Shown: positions 38,648 to 47,616, counted from the stretch's first letter. The stretch: 64,000 nucleotides of DNA from Patescibacteria group bacterium (GCA_036278915.1 DASUKB010000001.1:91892-155891); one strand, 5' to 3'. Program-made: numbers and translations. Notes: generated by a model from the sequence alone, not told the origin.

Positions 38648-39163
38648 ATGACTTTAGATCACAATTTATTCCTAACTATCAATGGTTGGGCCGGCCATTC
38701 GGCGATACTCGATAAAATCGGCACATTTGTCGGCGGCGATTATTTTTTGTATTTGTTCGGTTTGGCGGTAATACTTTTATGGTTTAACAAAAGGCTGCGC
38801 AAAAATGTTTATTTGGCAATTGTTTCGGGCATTCTAGCGCGCGGAATTATTGCCGAGGTTCTTAAACGATTGGTGCACCGGCCAAGGCCATTCCAAGTGC
38901 TCAAGGTCCACCAACTGATTGTAGACAACGAAGCTGGAAATTCGTTTCCATCCGGGCACGCTGTGGCGTACTTTGTATTTGCGTTTGCATTCTTAGGCAC
39001 CGAATATTTCTGGCCATTTTTCGTGGCCGCATGCATCGGCTCTCTGGGCCGGGTGTTTGTGGGTGTGCATTATCCGCTGGATGTGATTGCTGGGGCAATT
39101 ATCGGAGCCGCTATTACTTGGATAATACAAAAGTCCTTTAAATATTTTTCTAAGCCAAATTAA
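38648..39163 (+). CDS. PAP2-family phosphatase (undecaprenyl-diphosphatase-like)
   Basis: PAP2 motifs KRLVHRPRP, SFPSGHA and GVHYPLDVIAGAIIG. Confidence 0.8.
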   Translation: MTLDHNLFLTINGWAGHSAILDKIGTFVGGDYFLYLFGLAVILLWFNKRLRKNVYLAIVSGILARGIIAEVLKRLVHRPRPFQVLKVHQLIVDNEAGNSFPSGHAVAYFVFAFAFLGTEYFWPFFVAACIGSLGRVFVGVHYPLDVIAGAIIGAAITWIIQKSFKYFSKPN

Positions 39164-39188
39164 AAAGCCCGAACTTCCGGGTTTAATT

Positions 39189-39273
39189 TGGTGGCCGAGG
39201 AGGGAGTCGAACCCTCATGAGGAAACCTCGCGCGATTTTGAGTCGCGTGCGTCTGCCATTCCGCCACTCGGCC
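39189..39273 (-). tRNA. tRNA-Leu (anticodon CAA), class II with long variable arm, CCA encoded
   Basis: The reverse complement folds as acceptor GGCCGAG/CTCGGCC, an anticodon stem CGCGA/TCGCG with loop CTCAAAA, a long variable arm, a T-loop GTTCGACTC, and a terminal ACCA. Confidence 0.85.
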
Positions 39274-39364
39274 ATTTGTAAACGTATTATGTAAAAAGTC
39301 CGAACAGCAGTATTTTAGCGGAAAAAACCTTTTTTGGAAAGAGCTAAGACTTTGCAAAAACACA

Positions 39365-40090
39365 ATGCCTAGAAACCTAAACCGATTTAAAATTTATAAA
39401 AACCGAGCGCATGTTGCGGCCACGATTGCCATTGTCGCCCTGCCATTTTTATTTTTGCTGCTGTTTTCGCAAGTTGCAAAAATCGCGTCCAGCGAGCTTT
39501 TTTATGATGTATTCATCTCCGTCTTTCGTCTGGCTATAGCCTACGCAGTGGCCGCGGCCACGGGCTGGCTTCTGGCTGTTTGGTTTTATCACGGCCAAAG
39601 GTCGCATATCGCTCTACCGCTCTTTGACGTATTGCAGAGTTTCCCGACATTTGCCGCAGTACCGCTGGCCACGCTCTACTGGGGAGCCACGGATTTTACT
39701 GTTATATTTTTTTTGGCAGTTACTATCATCTGGCCCATTTGCTTCAATGTCATATCGTCGCTTAGGTCCGCGCGCCGCGACTGGACCGAGGCTGTGGAAA
39801 TGTCCAGGCTTACCGGCTGGAATTATTTGAGATATTACCTCTGGCCTGTGACTGTGCCGGGATTTGTCACGGGATCTATAATTTCTCTTGGCGAAGGCTG
39901 GGAAGCGCTGGTGGCCACGGAAATTATTATCCAAGTAAAACCCGGGCTGGGGAATTTTTTCCAGGCTTACTCGGTACACCCGGGAATAATCTTTTTTGGC
40001 ATCCTCGCCCTTTTGCTCATAGTTTTTTCGCTTAACAAAATTATCTGGAGTCCGTTGCTTGAAAAAAGCCACCTTATGACCGAAGAATAA
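39365..40090 (+). CDS. ABC transporter permease (NitT/TauT-family-like)
   Basis: 241 aa with 6 TM segments and an EAA-like loop region (SLRSARRDWTEAVEMSRLTGW). Confidence 0.7.
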   Translation: MPRNLNRFKIYKNRAHVAATIAIVALPFLFLLLFSQVAKIASSELFYDVFISVFRLAIAYAVAAATGWLLAVWFYHGQRSHIALPLFDVLQSFPTFAAVPLATLYWGATDFTVIFFLAVTIIWPICFNVISSLRSARRDWTEAVEMSRLTGWNYLRYYLWPVTVPGFVTGSIISLGEGWEALVATEIIIQVKPGLGNFFQAYSVHPGIIFFGILALLLIVFSLNKIIWSPLLEKSHLMTEE

Positions 40091-40837
40091 ATGAAACCAA
40101 TCATTAAAATTTCCAACTTAACTAAATTTTACGAGGAGGCGCCGCGTAAGCACCTTTTGGCTTTGGAAGATGTATCGCTCAATATAAATGAGGGAGAATT
40201 TTTCGTAATCTTGGGGCCGTCCGGTTCCGGCAAATCCACGCTCCTGCGCTCAATTTCCGGCCTGGACCGGGAATTTGAAGGACAAATTTACATTGCGCCA
40301 TCGATTAATCCGTCGGATTTGAGCTTTGTGTTCCAACAGTTTGCACTTCTGCCATGGCTGACTGTGCGCGAAAATATCGAACTCGGTTTAATCGGCCGGA
40401 ACGCGCCCGTTTCGCATCGTCGCGAAATAGTCAAACGCGAACTGGATCAGTTCGGCTTGCATAAATTTGCCGCGAGTTTTCCGCACGAGCTTTCTGGCGG
40501 CATGCGACAGCGAGTGGGGATTGCGCGAGCGCTGGCTACGGATCCCAAAATTATTTTTTTGGATGAGCCGTTCTCGGAACTGGATTTCTTCACCGCCGAA
40601 ACGCTCCGGCACGAACTTTTGGACATCTGGCGGGAGCGGAACTTAACTGTAATTATGGTCTCGCATATCATTCAGGAGGCGCTGGAATTGTCCGACCGCA
40701 TGGCTGTGCTCACGGCCCGGCCCGGCCGTATCAACAAAATTATCAAAAACACTCTGCCCCGGCCGCGCAATATGCGCACCGAGGAGTTCTTTAAGCTGGA
40801 GGATTATGTTTACCATCTGCTCAAAGCCCAAAGTTAA
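40091..40837 (+). CDS. ABC transporter ATP-binding protein
   Basis: Walker A GPSGSGKST, ABC signature LSGGMRQRVGIARAL, and Walker B IIFLDEPFS. Confidence 0.9.
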   Translation: MKPIIKISNLTKFYEEAPRKHLLALEDVSLNINEGEFFVILGPSGSGKSTLLRSISGLDREFEGQIYIAPSINPSDLSFVFQQFALLPWLTVRENIELGLIGRNAPVSHRREIVKRELDQFGLHKFAASFPHELSGGMRQRVGIARALATDPKIIFLDEPFSELDFFTAETLRHELLDIWRERNLTVIMVSHIIQEALELSDRMAVLTARPGRINKIIKNTLPRPRNMRTEEFFKLEDYVYHLLKAQS

Positions 40838-40858
40838 ACTGTGGTATAATCTTTAAGT

Positions 40859-41791
40859 ATGGACGAAATTCAAGACCCAACCCAAATTCCGAATCAGATA
40901 AGTCCCGAAGCAGTCAGCAATGTCACAACCGAACCCGAAGCTCCGGTAACTATGACCCAGGCTCCTGTGACGTCCGACATTCCGCTTTTGCCCGCGCATT
41001 TTACGGAAATAGACATCAATCTCATAAAGCCCAATCCCTGGCAGCCGCGCAAAATTTTTAAGGAACAGGAATTAGCCGAGCTTTCTGCATCCATAAAAGA
41101 GCATGGCATCCTTCAGCCATTGGTGGTGGTGCCTGACACGGAGGGCACTTACCAGCTTATAGTGGGGGAGAGGCGATTGCGCGCGTCCAAACTGGCCGGA
41201 CTGACCATGGTGCCGGTGATCATCCGTGATGCTATGGAAGAGCGCCAAAAGTTGGAATTGGCGCTTATTGAGAATATTCAGCGGCACAACCTTGACCCCA
41301 TCGAAGAAGCCACGGCCTACCAGCAGCTCATAGACTCCTACCAACTGACGCAAGACCAGGTGTCGCAGAAAGTCGGCAAGAACCGCACCACTGTCACCAA
41401 CACGCTCCGGCTTCTCAATTTGCCGCTCAAAATTCAGCGTGCCATAGCAGAAGAAATAATTTCCGAAGGACACGGACGGGCTATTCTAGGCGTCACCGGC
41501 ATGGAGCGCCAATTGGCTTTGTTTGATGAAGTTGTGGCCGGCGGGTTTACGGTGCGACAAGTAGAGGCGCGCGCCCGCGAAATTATGCAGCGGCCCAAGA
41601 TGCTAAAGATGCCCAAGGCCGTGGCTCCCAAAGACGCCGAAACCGAAGCGCTGGAAAACGAACTTCGCGGCAAGCTTGGGACCAAGGTCAAAGTCCAAAA
41701 AAGCGGCGAGACCGGCAAAATTATGATTGAATTTTTCACAGCCGAGGAACTCAATAATTTTTTGGATAAGGTCCACCGTTTGGAAAATTGA
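40859..41791 (+). CDS. parB: ParB/Spo0J-family partition protein (with ~50-aa N-terminal extension)
   Basis: GILQPLVVVP...YQLIVGERRLRASKLAGL and the Spo0J-type C-terminus GKIMIEFFTAEELNNFLDKV. No parA next to it. Confidence 0.85.
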   Translation: MDEIQDPTQIPNQISPEAVSNVTTEPEAPVTMTQAPVTSDIPLLPAHFTEIDINLIKPNPWQPRKIFKEQELAELSASIKEHGILQPLVVVPDTEGTYQLIVGERRLRASKLAGLTMVPVIIRDAMEERQKLELALIENIQRHNLDPIEEATAYQQLIDSYQLTQDQVSQKVGKNRTTVTNTLRLLNLPLKIQRAIAEEIISEGHGRAILGVTGMERQLALFDEVVAGGFTVRQVEARAREIMQRPKMLKMPKAVAPKDAETEALENELRGKLGTKVKVQKSGETGKIMIEFFTAEELNNFLDKVHRLEN

Positions 41792-41976
41792 CTTGACTAA
41801 ACTTTTTGGTAGGGCTAAACTATCTGTGTTATGAATCTAACCTCTCACATTAACTACTGGTTTATTCTTCGCTCCACTGGTGTGGCTGGGTAGGTTCGTA
41901 TTGCGATTTTGACCCGGCCGCACGTGGCCGGTTTTTTGTTGAGTACATCGTTTGAAAGTTTCCAGGAGGAGACAGA

Positions 41977-42174
41977 ATGGAGATCAGGCCCGAGAACCAT
42001 CCGCAGGTAAAACGGCTCCTTCGCAAAATCGAAGTTGCCCAGAAGCACCCGGAGACACCCCAAGTGCTGGCGGCGATTGCCCGGCATCAGGACGAAATCC
42101 GCCGGCATCTGGGACTGCCGAGACTTCCCCGGCCGGTTCCGACGACCGACAGGGAATACCGCTTGTTCGTGTAG
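41977..42174 (+). CDS. Small hypothetical protein, GC-rich cassette gene 1
   Basis: 65 aa. Strong SD CCAGGAGGAGACAGA before the ATG. Upstream terminator at ~41912-41940. Confidence 0.35.
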   Translation: MEIRPENHPQVKRLLRKIEVAQKHPETPQVLAAIARHQDEIRRHLGLPRLPRPVPTTDREYRLFV

Positions 42175-42183
42175 GAGCCCAAG

Positions 42184-42456
42184 GTGTGCGTGCATAACTT
42201 CCTCCAGCAAGCACTGGATAAGCTCCGAGCAGCCGGCCGCCGTGCGGTCATCAATCTCACTCATGTTCCGAACCTGAATCAACCCGAGATGACCGTAGCC
42301 CTCTATCTTGACGAGCTGAGGTATTATTTCCTCGGCGAAGACTTTCGTCCTTCGTGCTCGGAAATTGCAAGTCGCCGGACGATAGTGTTGGCTATTTTCC
42401 CCCAGAGCATCACGGTAAGGGGAGTTGTCAGCATGGCAGAAAAGAAAGTTGCCTAA
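42184..42456 (+). CDS. Small hypothetical protein, GC-rich cassette gene 2
   Basis: 90 aa. GTG start with a TAGGAG SD 6 nt upstream. Confidence 0.35.
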   Translation: MCVHNFLQQALDKLRAAGRRAVINLTHVPNLNQPEMTVALYLDELRYYFLGEDFRPSCSEIASRRTIVLAIFPQSITVRGVVSMAEKKVA

Positions 42457-42469
42457 GGAGGCAGATCAA

Positions 42470-42631
42470 ATGGAAGAGAAGAAAGAGGAGCAGCCCGACA
42501 AGCTTGTGCCCGCGAAATTCCCGAATGTGGAACCGCCGCAGCGCACAGACGTGCCAATCAACTACGGCAGGCCGGTGAAGTTCGATCCGGATCCGGCTCC
42601 CAAGCCCACGACCCGCACCTTCCGCTCGTGA
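42470..42631 (+). CDS. Small hypothetical Pro/Lys-rich protein, GC-rich cassette gene 3
   Basis: The ATG at 42470 (AAGGAGG 9 nt upstream) is preferred over the ORF-track start at 42425. Followed by a perfect 14-bp-stem terminator at 42644-42687. Confidence 0.35.
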   Translation: MEEKKEEQPDKLVPAKFPNVEPPQRTDVPINYGRPVKFDPDPAPKPTTRTFRS

Positions 42632-42643
42632 ACGGCACCGAGG

Positions 42644-42687
42644 CCTGGAACTTATGCTATCGCATAAGTTCCAGGTCTTTTATTTTT
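42644..42687 (+). terminator. Intrinsic terminator closing the GC-rich three-gene cassette
   Basis: A 14-bp perfect stem CCTGGAACTTATGC / GCATAAGTTCCAGG, then a T-run. Confidence 0.7.
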
Positions 42688-42965
42688 GGCAAACAAAAAG
42701 ACCATGCACAAATTACGTTGCATGGCCTTTGGGCAATTGCTTGGGAGTGATACGTACTTCCGTGATTTTTTTGCCGTCGGGTGTGCGGAAATCAAGGAAT
42801 ACTCCCGGATTGTTGCGGTAAGCTTCCCTTACGAATTCAATATCCATTTCTTGCCTGTGCCACCGATGCCAGAAAACAATTCTCGTCTCCACAGAATCCT
42901 CCTTGCAGGTTAAATATAGTCATTTCACAAAAATTGTAAAGGCTAGTACAATACTTTCGGATCGG

Positions 42966-43039
42966 CGGGGTGTAGTATACCGGTAGTACGCGCCCATGGG
43001 GTGGGTGTAGACCGGGTTCAATTCCCGGCATCCCGACCA
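42966..43039 (+). tRNA. tRNA-Pro (anticodon GGG), CCA encoded
   Basis: Acceptor CGGGGTG/CATCCCG (C1:G72, typical of bacterial tRNA-Pro). U8 A9. D-arm GTAT/GTAC. Anticodon stem CGCCC/GGGTG with loop ATGGGGT. T-arm CCGGG-TTCAATT-CCCGG. Discriminator A plus CCA. Confidence 0.75.
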
Positions 43040-43045
43040 AAATAC

Positions 43046-43148
43046 GCTCGGACATCAGTTTTTTTCGGACACGGCCGCTTCGGGCGGCCTAAAGTGCTCG
43101 ACATTGGAAGGTCTCGCACGTTGTCCTCAAAAAACTGCTGTCCTCGCT
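43046..43148 (+). repeat. Conserved ~105-nt structured intergenic element, copy 2 (downstream of tRNA-Pro)
   Basis: Aligns with the 33520-33627 and 51765-51872 copies. The inner hairpin GGCCGC-ttcgg-GCGGCC has a UUCG-like loop. A classical terminator (43154-43180) follows directly. Confidence 0.6.
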
Positions 43149-43153
43149 TCTAG

Positions 43154-43180
43154 AAAAAAACCACTTCGGTGGGTTTTTTT
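43154..43180 (+). terminator. Intrinsic terminator with UUCG tetraloop (potentially bidirectional)
   Basis: AAAAAAACCAC-TTCG-GTGGGTTTTTTT. Confidence 0.7.
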
Positions 43181-43244
43181 CGTTTGCAAGCAATTATGTT
43201 TTCGTTTATACTTAAACAAAGGAAAATTAACCTAAACCTCTCAA

Positions 43245-43994
43245 ATGGACACACAAAATCCGGGCCAAATGCCCGCAAGCAGTCCCGAGACACCCAATCC
43301 GGAGCCTGCAAAAAATTGGTTTGCAGCTCACAAGGCTCTCGTGATTATAATTGTGGTCGCGGTTCTTGCCGCCGCAGGAGCGTCTGCGTACTTTATCATG
43401 ACTAGCAAGGTTAGTCCTATAGCTCTGCAACCAGTGGTGCACCAGGAGAAAGCAGACACGTCTGCGAAAGTTTATACAAATTCCAAATATGGTTTTGAAT
43501 TTTCGTATCCCGGAAAGTATTTCCTAGCAAGTCCATTGATTGAACAACCGAACGGCCAGCTGGATTTCGATGCCCAGACAAAACAGCTTAACAGCGGGCT
43601 TCCGGAAAATGCGGAATTTCTTAATGTAGAAACTCAAGATTACGCAGAATTGAAGCCTGCCGTCTCGTGTAGCGCCGGTGAATTATGTGAAGCATCCCAA
43701 ACTGATTTTAATTCCAATATTAAGATTATAAATAACGCACAATTGGGTGATACGGTTAATATGCAACAAATTAACGGTACGGTGGTTTCGATTGGTGGCC
43801 AGAAGGGGTTGCGTACTAACTATTTCAATCCCACTGGCGGAGATTGGGATTTAGCAGTCATCCTATATGATAAAAACAAAAATCAGATTTGGCTGAGCTT
43901 TAGCATCCCAGCGGCTAGCAAAGAAGAAGCCTTAGCCAGTGCGGAATACAAAGATATGACTTCGATAATTTCCACCTTCAAATTCACAAACTAA
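43245..43994 (+). CDS. Hypothetical signal-anchored/secreted protein
   Basis: Pro-rich N-terminus, then the TM segment ALVIIIVVAVLAAAGASAYFIM. No family recognised. Confidence 0.4.
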   Translation: MDTQNPGQMPASSPETPNPEPAKNWFAAHKALVIIIVVAVLAAAGASAYFIMTSKVSPIALQPVVHQEKADTSAKVYTNSKYGFEFSYPGKYFLASPLIEQPNGQLDFDAQTKQLNSGLPENAEFLNVETQDYAELKPAVSCSAGELCEASQTDFNSNIKIINNAQLGDTVNMQQINGTVVSIGGQKGLRTNYFNPTGGDWDLAVILYDKNKNQIWLSFSIPAASKEEALASAEYKDMTSIISTFKFTN

Positions 43995-44020
43995 TTAAGT
44001 ATGTTGTTTAGTACGTTGTT

Positions 44021-44206
44021 ATGGCTAGACCTATAAATAACATTCGCAAACTTACAAAAGTTTCCAGAACTTCATTGGCCGTAGTGATCCCGTCTGATCT
44101 CATCCGGCAGCTTGGGTGGAGGGAGCGGCAGCGGGTGATAGTAAAAAAGATGCCGCGGGGGATACAGATAATTGATGCAATAACGAAAGTTAGAAGTAAG
44201 AAGTGA
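44021..44206 (+). CDS. AbrB/MazE/SpoVT-type swapped-hairpin DNA-binding protein
   Basis: 61 aa. The KVSRTSLAVVIPSDLIRQLGW...RVIV pattern. Its 3' end runs into an AGAAG-rich low-complexity tract. Confidence 0.45.
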   Translation: MARPINNIRKLTKVSRTSLAVVIPSDLIRQLGWRERQRVIVKKMPRGIQIIDAITKVRSKK

Positions 44207-44279
44207 GAAGGCGGAAGAAAGTTGGAAGTTGATGTGAGAAGTCAGAAGAATTAAAAGTTATAATTCAGAAGGCAGAAGC

Positions 44280-44522
44280 ATGCAGAATGGCAGATATAAA
44301 ACGGATTTGCGTCAAAGGTGCTATCAATTTGGTTTAGCTGTTCTAAAATTGACCGACAATTTGCCCAATAAACGTAGCGCTTGGGTCATCCAAGATCAAG
44401 TGATCAGATCAGCTACATCCATTGGAGCAAATCTGGTTGAAGGTATTCTAACTTCTAACTTATCACTTCTAACTTTATGTTCAAGGAATTTAAAGAATTT
44501 GCTGTCAAAGGCAATGCCATAG
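44280..44522 (+). pseudogene. Truncated four-helix-bundle protein (23S rRNA intervening-sequence protein family, PF05635)
   Basis: LRQRCYQFGLAVLKLTDNLPNKRSAWVIQDQVIRSATSIGANLVEG matches the family N-terminal half. The frame then diverges and overlaps mscL, and the expected C-terminal half is missing. Confidence 0.45.
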
Positions 44523-44869
44523 ATTTGGCTGTGGGCATAGTGATCGGCGCGGCGTTTACGCAAGTTGTAAATTCGCTGGTGTCGGACGTCATCTCACCGC
44601 CGTTGGGCGCCATTACCGGCCGGGTGAATTTTGCCAATCTGAAGATTCACCTTTACGGCGGCACGTTTTTAACTTACGGAGCGTTTTTGAACACGATCAT
44701 AAATTTTGTTATCGTGTCTTTTGCCATATTCCTCATTGTCCGGCAAATAAATCGCTTCCGCCGCAAGCCAAATGCTTTGCCCACGGAAAAAACGTGCCCG
44801 TTCTGCCAGACTTTGATCCCGATTGCCGCGGTTAAGTGTCCGAACTGCACGTCTAATCTCCAGCAATAA
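44477..44869 (+). CDS. mscL: Large-conductance mechanosensitive channel MscL with C-terminal CxxC...CxxC zinc-ribbon-like tail
   Basis: MFKEFKEFAVKGNAIDLAVGIVIGAAF is the canonical MscL N-terminus. The C-terminus reads TCPFCQTLIPIAAVKCPNCTSNL. Confidence 0.8.
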   Translation: MFKEFKEFAVKGNAIDLAVGIVIGAAFTQVVNSLVSDVISPPLGAITGRVNFANLKIHLYGGTFLTYGAFLNTIINFVIVSFAIFLIVRQINRFRRKPNALPTEKTCPFCQTLIPIAAVKCPNCTSNLQQ

Positions 44870-45027
44870 AAAATTTTTGTGTAAACTGCACAAATTGTCG
44901 TACGTTTATCCGCAAGTTTTTGTGCATCATCTTTGTAGGAATTTCCGCTTGGTAAGTCTATATTTTCTAGGTGGCTTGGAAGACCTCTAAATTAACCTCT
45001 CCGAATTCCAGGCTTTTTTAAAGACTT

Positions 45028-47574
45028 ATGTTTGAAAATAAAGAAATTGCTGATTCACAGTTTGACTTTGACCAGTTTTTCAACAAATCAAATCTCAACC
45101 CACATCTCTACGAAATTTTGCAGGCCCTTACAGACGGGGTTATAGTTCAGGATCGCATGCGAAAGGTTTTGTTTGCCAACGAAGCCGGCGCGCATATGAT
45201 GGGCTTTCGAACAGCCAATGAAATTTTGGAGCGGCCGGTTTCCAATTCCGTGGGCAAGTTTGAAATCATGGATGAAAATGGCAACGCGCTGGATCTGGAT
45301 CATCTGCCGGCGCAAGTGGTGCTAGACGGCGCCGAAATTTGCACCAAAATTATGTTTAGCAAAAACCGAGAGACAGGCGTGGGGATCTGGTCGGAAGTTA
45401 AGGCACGTGCCATCCGCGACGAGGACGGATCGGTGAAGTTTGCCGTAAGTTTGTTTCGCGACATCACCTCGGAGAAGCTAATCCAAGCCGAATACGAACG
45501 CAGCAACCGCCGGAGCCAGCACATTTTGGAAAGCATTACCGACGGCTTTTTTGCGTTTGATAAAAATTGGAATTTCACTTACATCAACAAAGCCGCGGAG
45601 CAGTTTCTGGACCGGTTGCGCGAACAACTCTTGGGTAAAAATCTTCTGGAAGAATTCAAAAATGTCGGACAGAACGAGGCATTTATAAGACTCAAAACGG
45701 CGGCGGAAAAGGGAGAAACCATCCGGTTTGAGCAGCAGTCGCGGCAAGGATTGTGGTTTGAGTTGTCGCTTTATCCGTCCCGGGACGGATCTTCGGTGTA
45801 TTTCCGCGAAATTACGGACAAGAAAAAATCCGAAGAGTATAACCTCAAGCTCCTGGCAAGCGAGGAGCGCTACCGGGCCATGATTGAGAATTCATCCGAC
45901 GGCATTGTTATGCTTAATGCCGATGGCACTATAACTTATGTTACGCACCCAATCGAACGAATTTTGGGATTTTCCGAGCAGGAAATCGTCGGTATGGTGG
46001 CTTTTGATCTCATCCACCCAGAGGATTTACCTCTGGTAATGGAAATTTTTGGCAACATGCTAAGAGCCCCGAATGCTACTAGTTCGGCGCAATTCCGCGC
46101 CCGACACAAAGATGGCACCTACCGCTGGATTGAGGGCGTGGGAACTAATCTTTTGCAGCATCCGAGCATTCAGTCTATAGTTGCCAATTTCCGCGATGTT
46201 TCGCAGCGCAAAAAAGCCGAGGACACGCTTGCTTACCATTACCAGCACGATGTACTTACGGATTTGCCCAACCGGACGTATCTGACGTCCAGGTTTGCAG
46301 AAAGCCTGCAGGAGTCCGATCGTGCGCGCAAGTCCGTGGCGCTTATGCTCATTGATTTGGACAGATTTAAGCAGATCAACGAATCTCTGGGGCACGCCCT
46401 CGGTGACCGCCTGATCCAGGAGGTAAGTTTGCGGCTTCGGGCGTGCATGAGTGAATCATGCGTTTTGGCGCGCTTGGGCGGAGATGAATTTGGCATTCTG
46501 ATCTGCAACCTGGAGCGGGAAGAGGATGAAGTGGCGAAACTTTGCAACAAGATTCTGGAGGATTTCAAGCCAGCATTTTATTTGGATGCGCACGAACTTT
46601 ATATAAGCCCCTCGATTGGCATTTCGCTGTACCCTTACGATGGCCGCGAGCCGGCTATGCTTTTCAAAAACGCAGAGACCGCGCTCTACCGCGCCAAAGA
46701 TTACGGCCGCAACACGTACCAGTTCTACACGCAAACTATGAACGCCACGGCCTACGAACGCCTGGCTATGGAGTCTAAACTTCGACATGCCATAGAGAAT
46801 AATGAGTTGGTGCTGTTTTATCAACCGCAAATTGAAGTGGTCTCGGGCAAAATTGTGGGCGCTGAAGAACTTATCCGCTGGCAGCAGCCGGACGGAAGAT
46901 TGGTGGCGCCGGATCGGTTCATACCTCTGGCCGAAGCCAATGGACTCATCGAACCCATAGGCGAATTTGTCTTGCAACAATCTTTAATCCAGGCAAAAAT
47001 TTGGCATGACGCTGGGTTTAAGCTGATTATCGCGATCAATCTTTCCGCGCGGCAGTTTAAGCAGAAAAATTTTGAAAAAATTCTCACAAATATAATTGAA
47101 GAATCGCAGCTTGATCCAAAGTTCATCGAGCTTGAGCTGACAGAAACCGTGCTGGCGGAAAACCAAGACACCGTGTTTGGAATTATGAACGGCTTGCGCG
47201 GCCGCGGCGTGCGGTTCTGCCTGGATGATTTTTCAACCGGTTACTCGTCGCTTAAATACCTCAAACAGTTTCCGGTGGACATGCTCAAAATCGAGCGCAA
47301 CTTTATGAAGGGCATCCCAGGCGACATCCAAAACGCGGCCATCGCCAAATCAATCATTACGCTTGGCCAGTCACTCGGCATGGAAGTCACGGCCGAGGGA
47401 GTGGAATCCAAACGCCAGCTGGAATTTTTGCGCGATAATCTTTGCAACCGCGCGCAAGGGTATCTTTTCAACGGCGCCATGCCGGCGCATAGCCTGTCTG
47501 AAATCCTCGGAGAACACCGGTATTTGTCCGTGGTAAAAAATTTGGACAACCAACCCAAGGCTGGACGCCCCTGA
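45028..47574 (+). CDS. Multi-PAS sensor diguanylate cyclase/phosphodiesterase (PAS-PAS-PAS-GGDEF-EAL)
   Basis: GGDEF site RLGGDEFGIL. EAL domain motifs (EELIRW, QPQIE, ELTE, DDFSTGYSSL, KIERNF). Confidence 0.85.
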   Translation: MFENKEIADSQFDFDQFFNKSNLNPHLYEILQALTDGVIVQDRMRKVLFANEAGAHMMGFRTANEILERPVSNSVGKFEIMDENGNALDLDHLPAQVVLDGAEICTKIMFSKNRETGVGIWSEVKARAIRDEDGSVKFAVSLFRDITSEKLIQAEYERSNRRSQHILESITDGFFAFDKNWNFTYINKAAEQFLDRLREQLLGKNLLEEFKNVGQNEAFIRLKTAAEKGETIRFEQQSRQGLWFELSLYPSRDGSSVYFREITDKKKSEEYNLKLLASEERYRAMIENSSDGIVMLNADGTITYVTHPIERILGFSEQEIVGMVAFDLIHPEDLPLVMEIFGNMLRAPNATSSAQFRARHKDGTYRWIEGVGTNLLQHPSIQSIVANFRDVSQRKKAEDTLAYHYQHDVLTDLPNRTYLTSRFAESLQESDRARKSVALMLIDLDRFKQINESLGHALGDRLIQEVSLRLRACMSESCVLARLGGDEFGILICNLEREEDEVAKLCNKILEDFKPAFYLDAHELYISPSIGISLYPYDGREPAMLFKNAETALYRAKDYGRNTYQFYTQTMNATAYERLAMESKLRHAIENNELVLFYQPQIEVVSGKIVGAEELIRWQQPDGRLVAPDRFIPLAEANGLIEPIGEFVLQQSLIQAKIWHDAGFKLIIAINLSARQFKQKNFEKILTNIIEESQLDPKFIELELTETVLAENQDTVFGIMNGLRGRGVRFCLDDFSTGYSSLKYLKQFPVDMLKIERNFMKGIPGDIQNAAIAKSIITLGQSLGMEVTAEGVESKRQLEFLRDNLCNRAQGYLFNGAMPAHSLSEILGEHRYLSVVKNLDNQPKAGRP

Positions 47575-47616
47575 ATTACTCTGTTACAATTGGGCGGACA
47601 TTAATCGTCTGACTTC

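Noticed and set aside
39160-39363. 67-aa minus-strand ORF
   Set aside because: It overlaps tRNA-Leu(CAA) entirely.
40091-40837. ParA partner for parB
   Set aside because: The gene upstream of parB has the ABC signature motif LSGGMRQRVGIARAL and is a transporter ATPase, not a ParA/MinD Walker ATPase.
41854-42282. 142-aa minus-strand ORF and other overlapping ORFs in the 41.9-42.6 kb block
   Set aside because: High-GC DNA inflates random ORFs. The + strand ORFs have properly spaced SDs and a downstream terminator, and the antisense ones do not.
42686-42913. 75-aa + ORF between the GC cassette terminator and tRNA-Pro
   Set aside because: No SD, no recognisable domain, and it lies in an AT-rich tRNA promoter region. 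It cannot be supported or excluded and is left unannotated.
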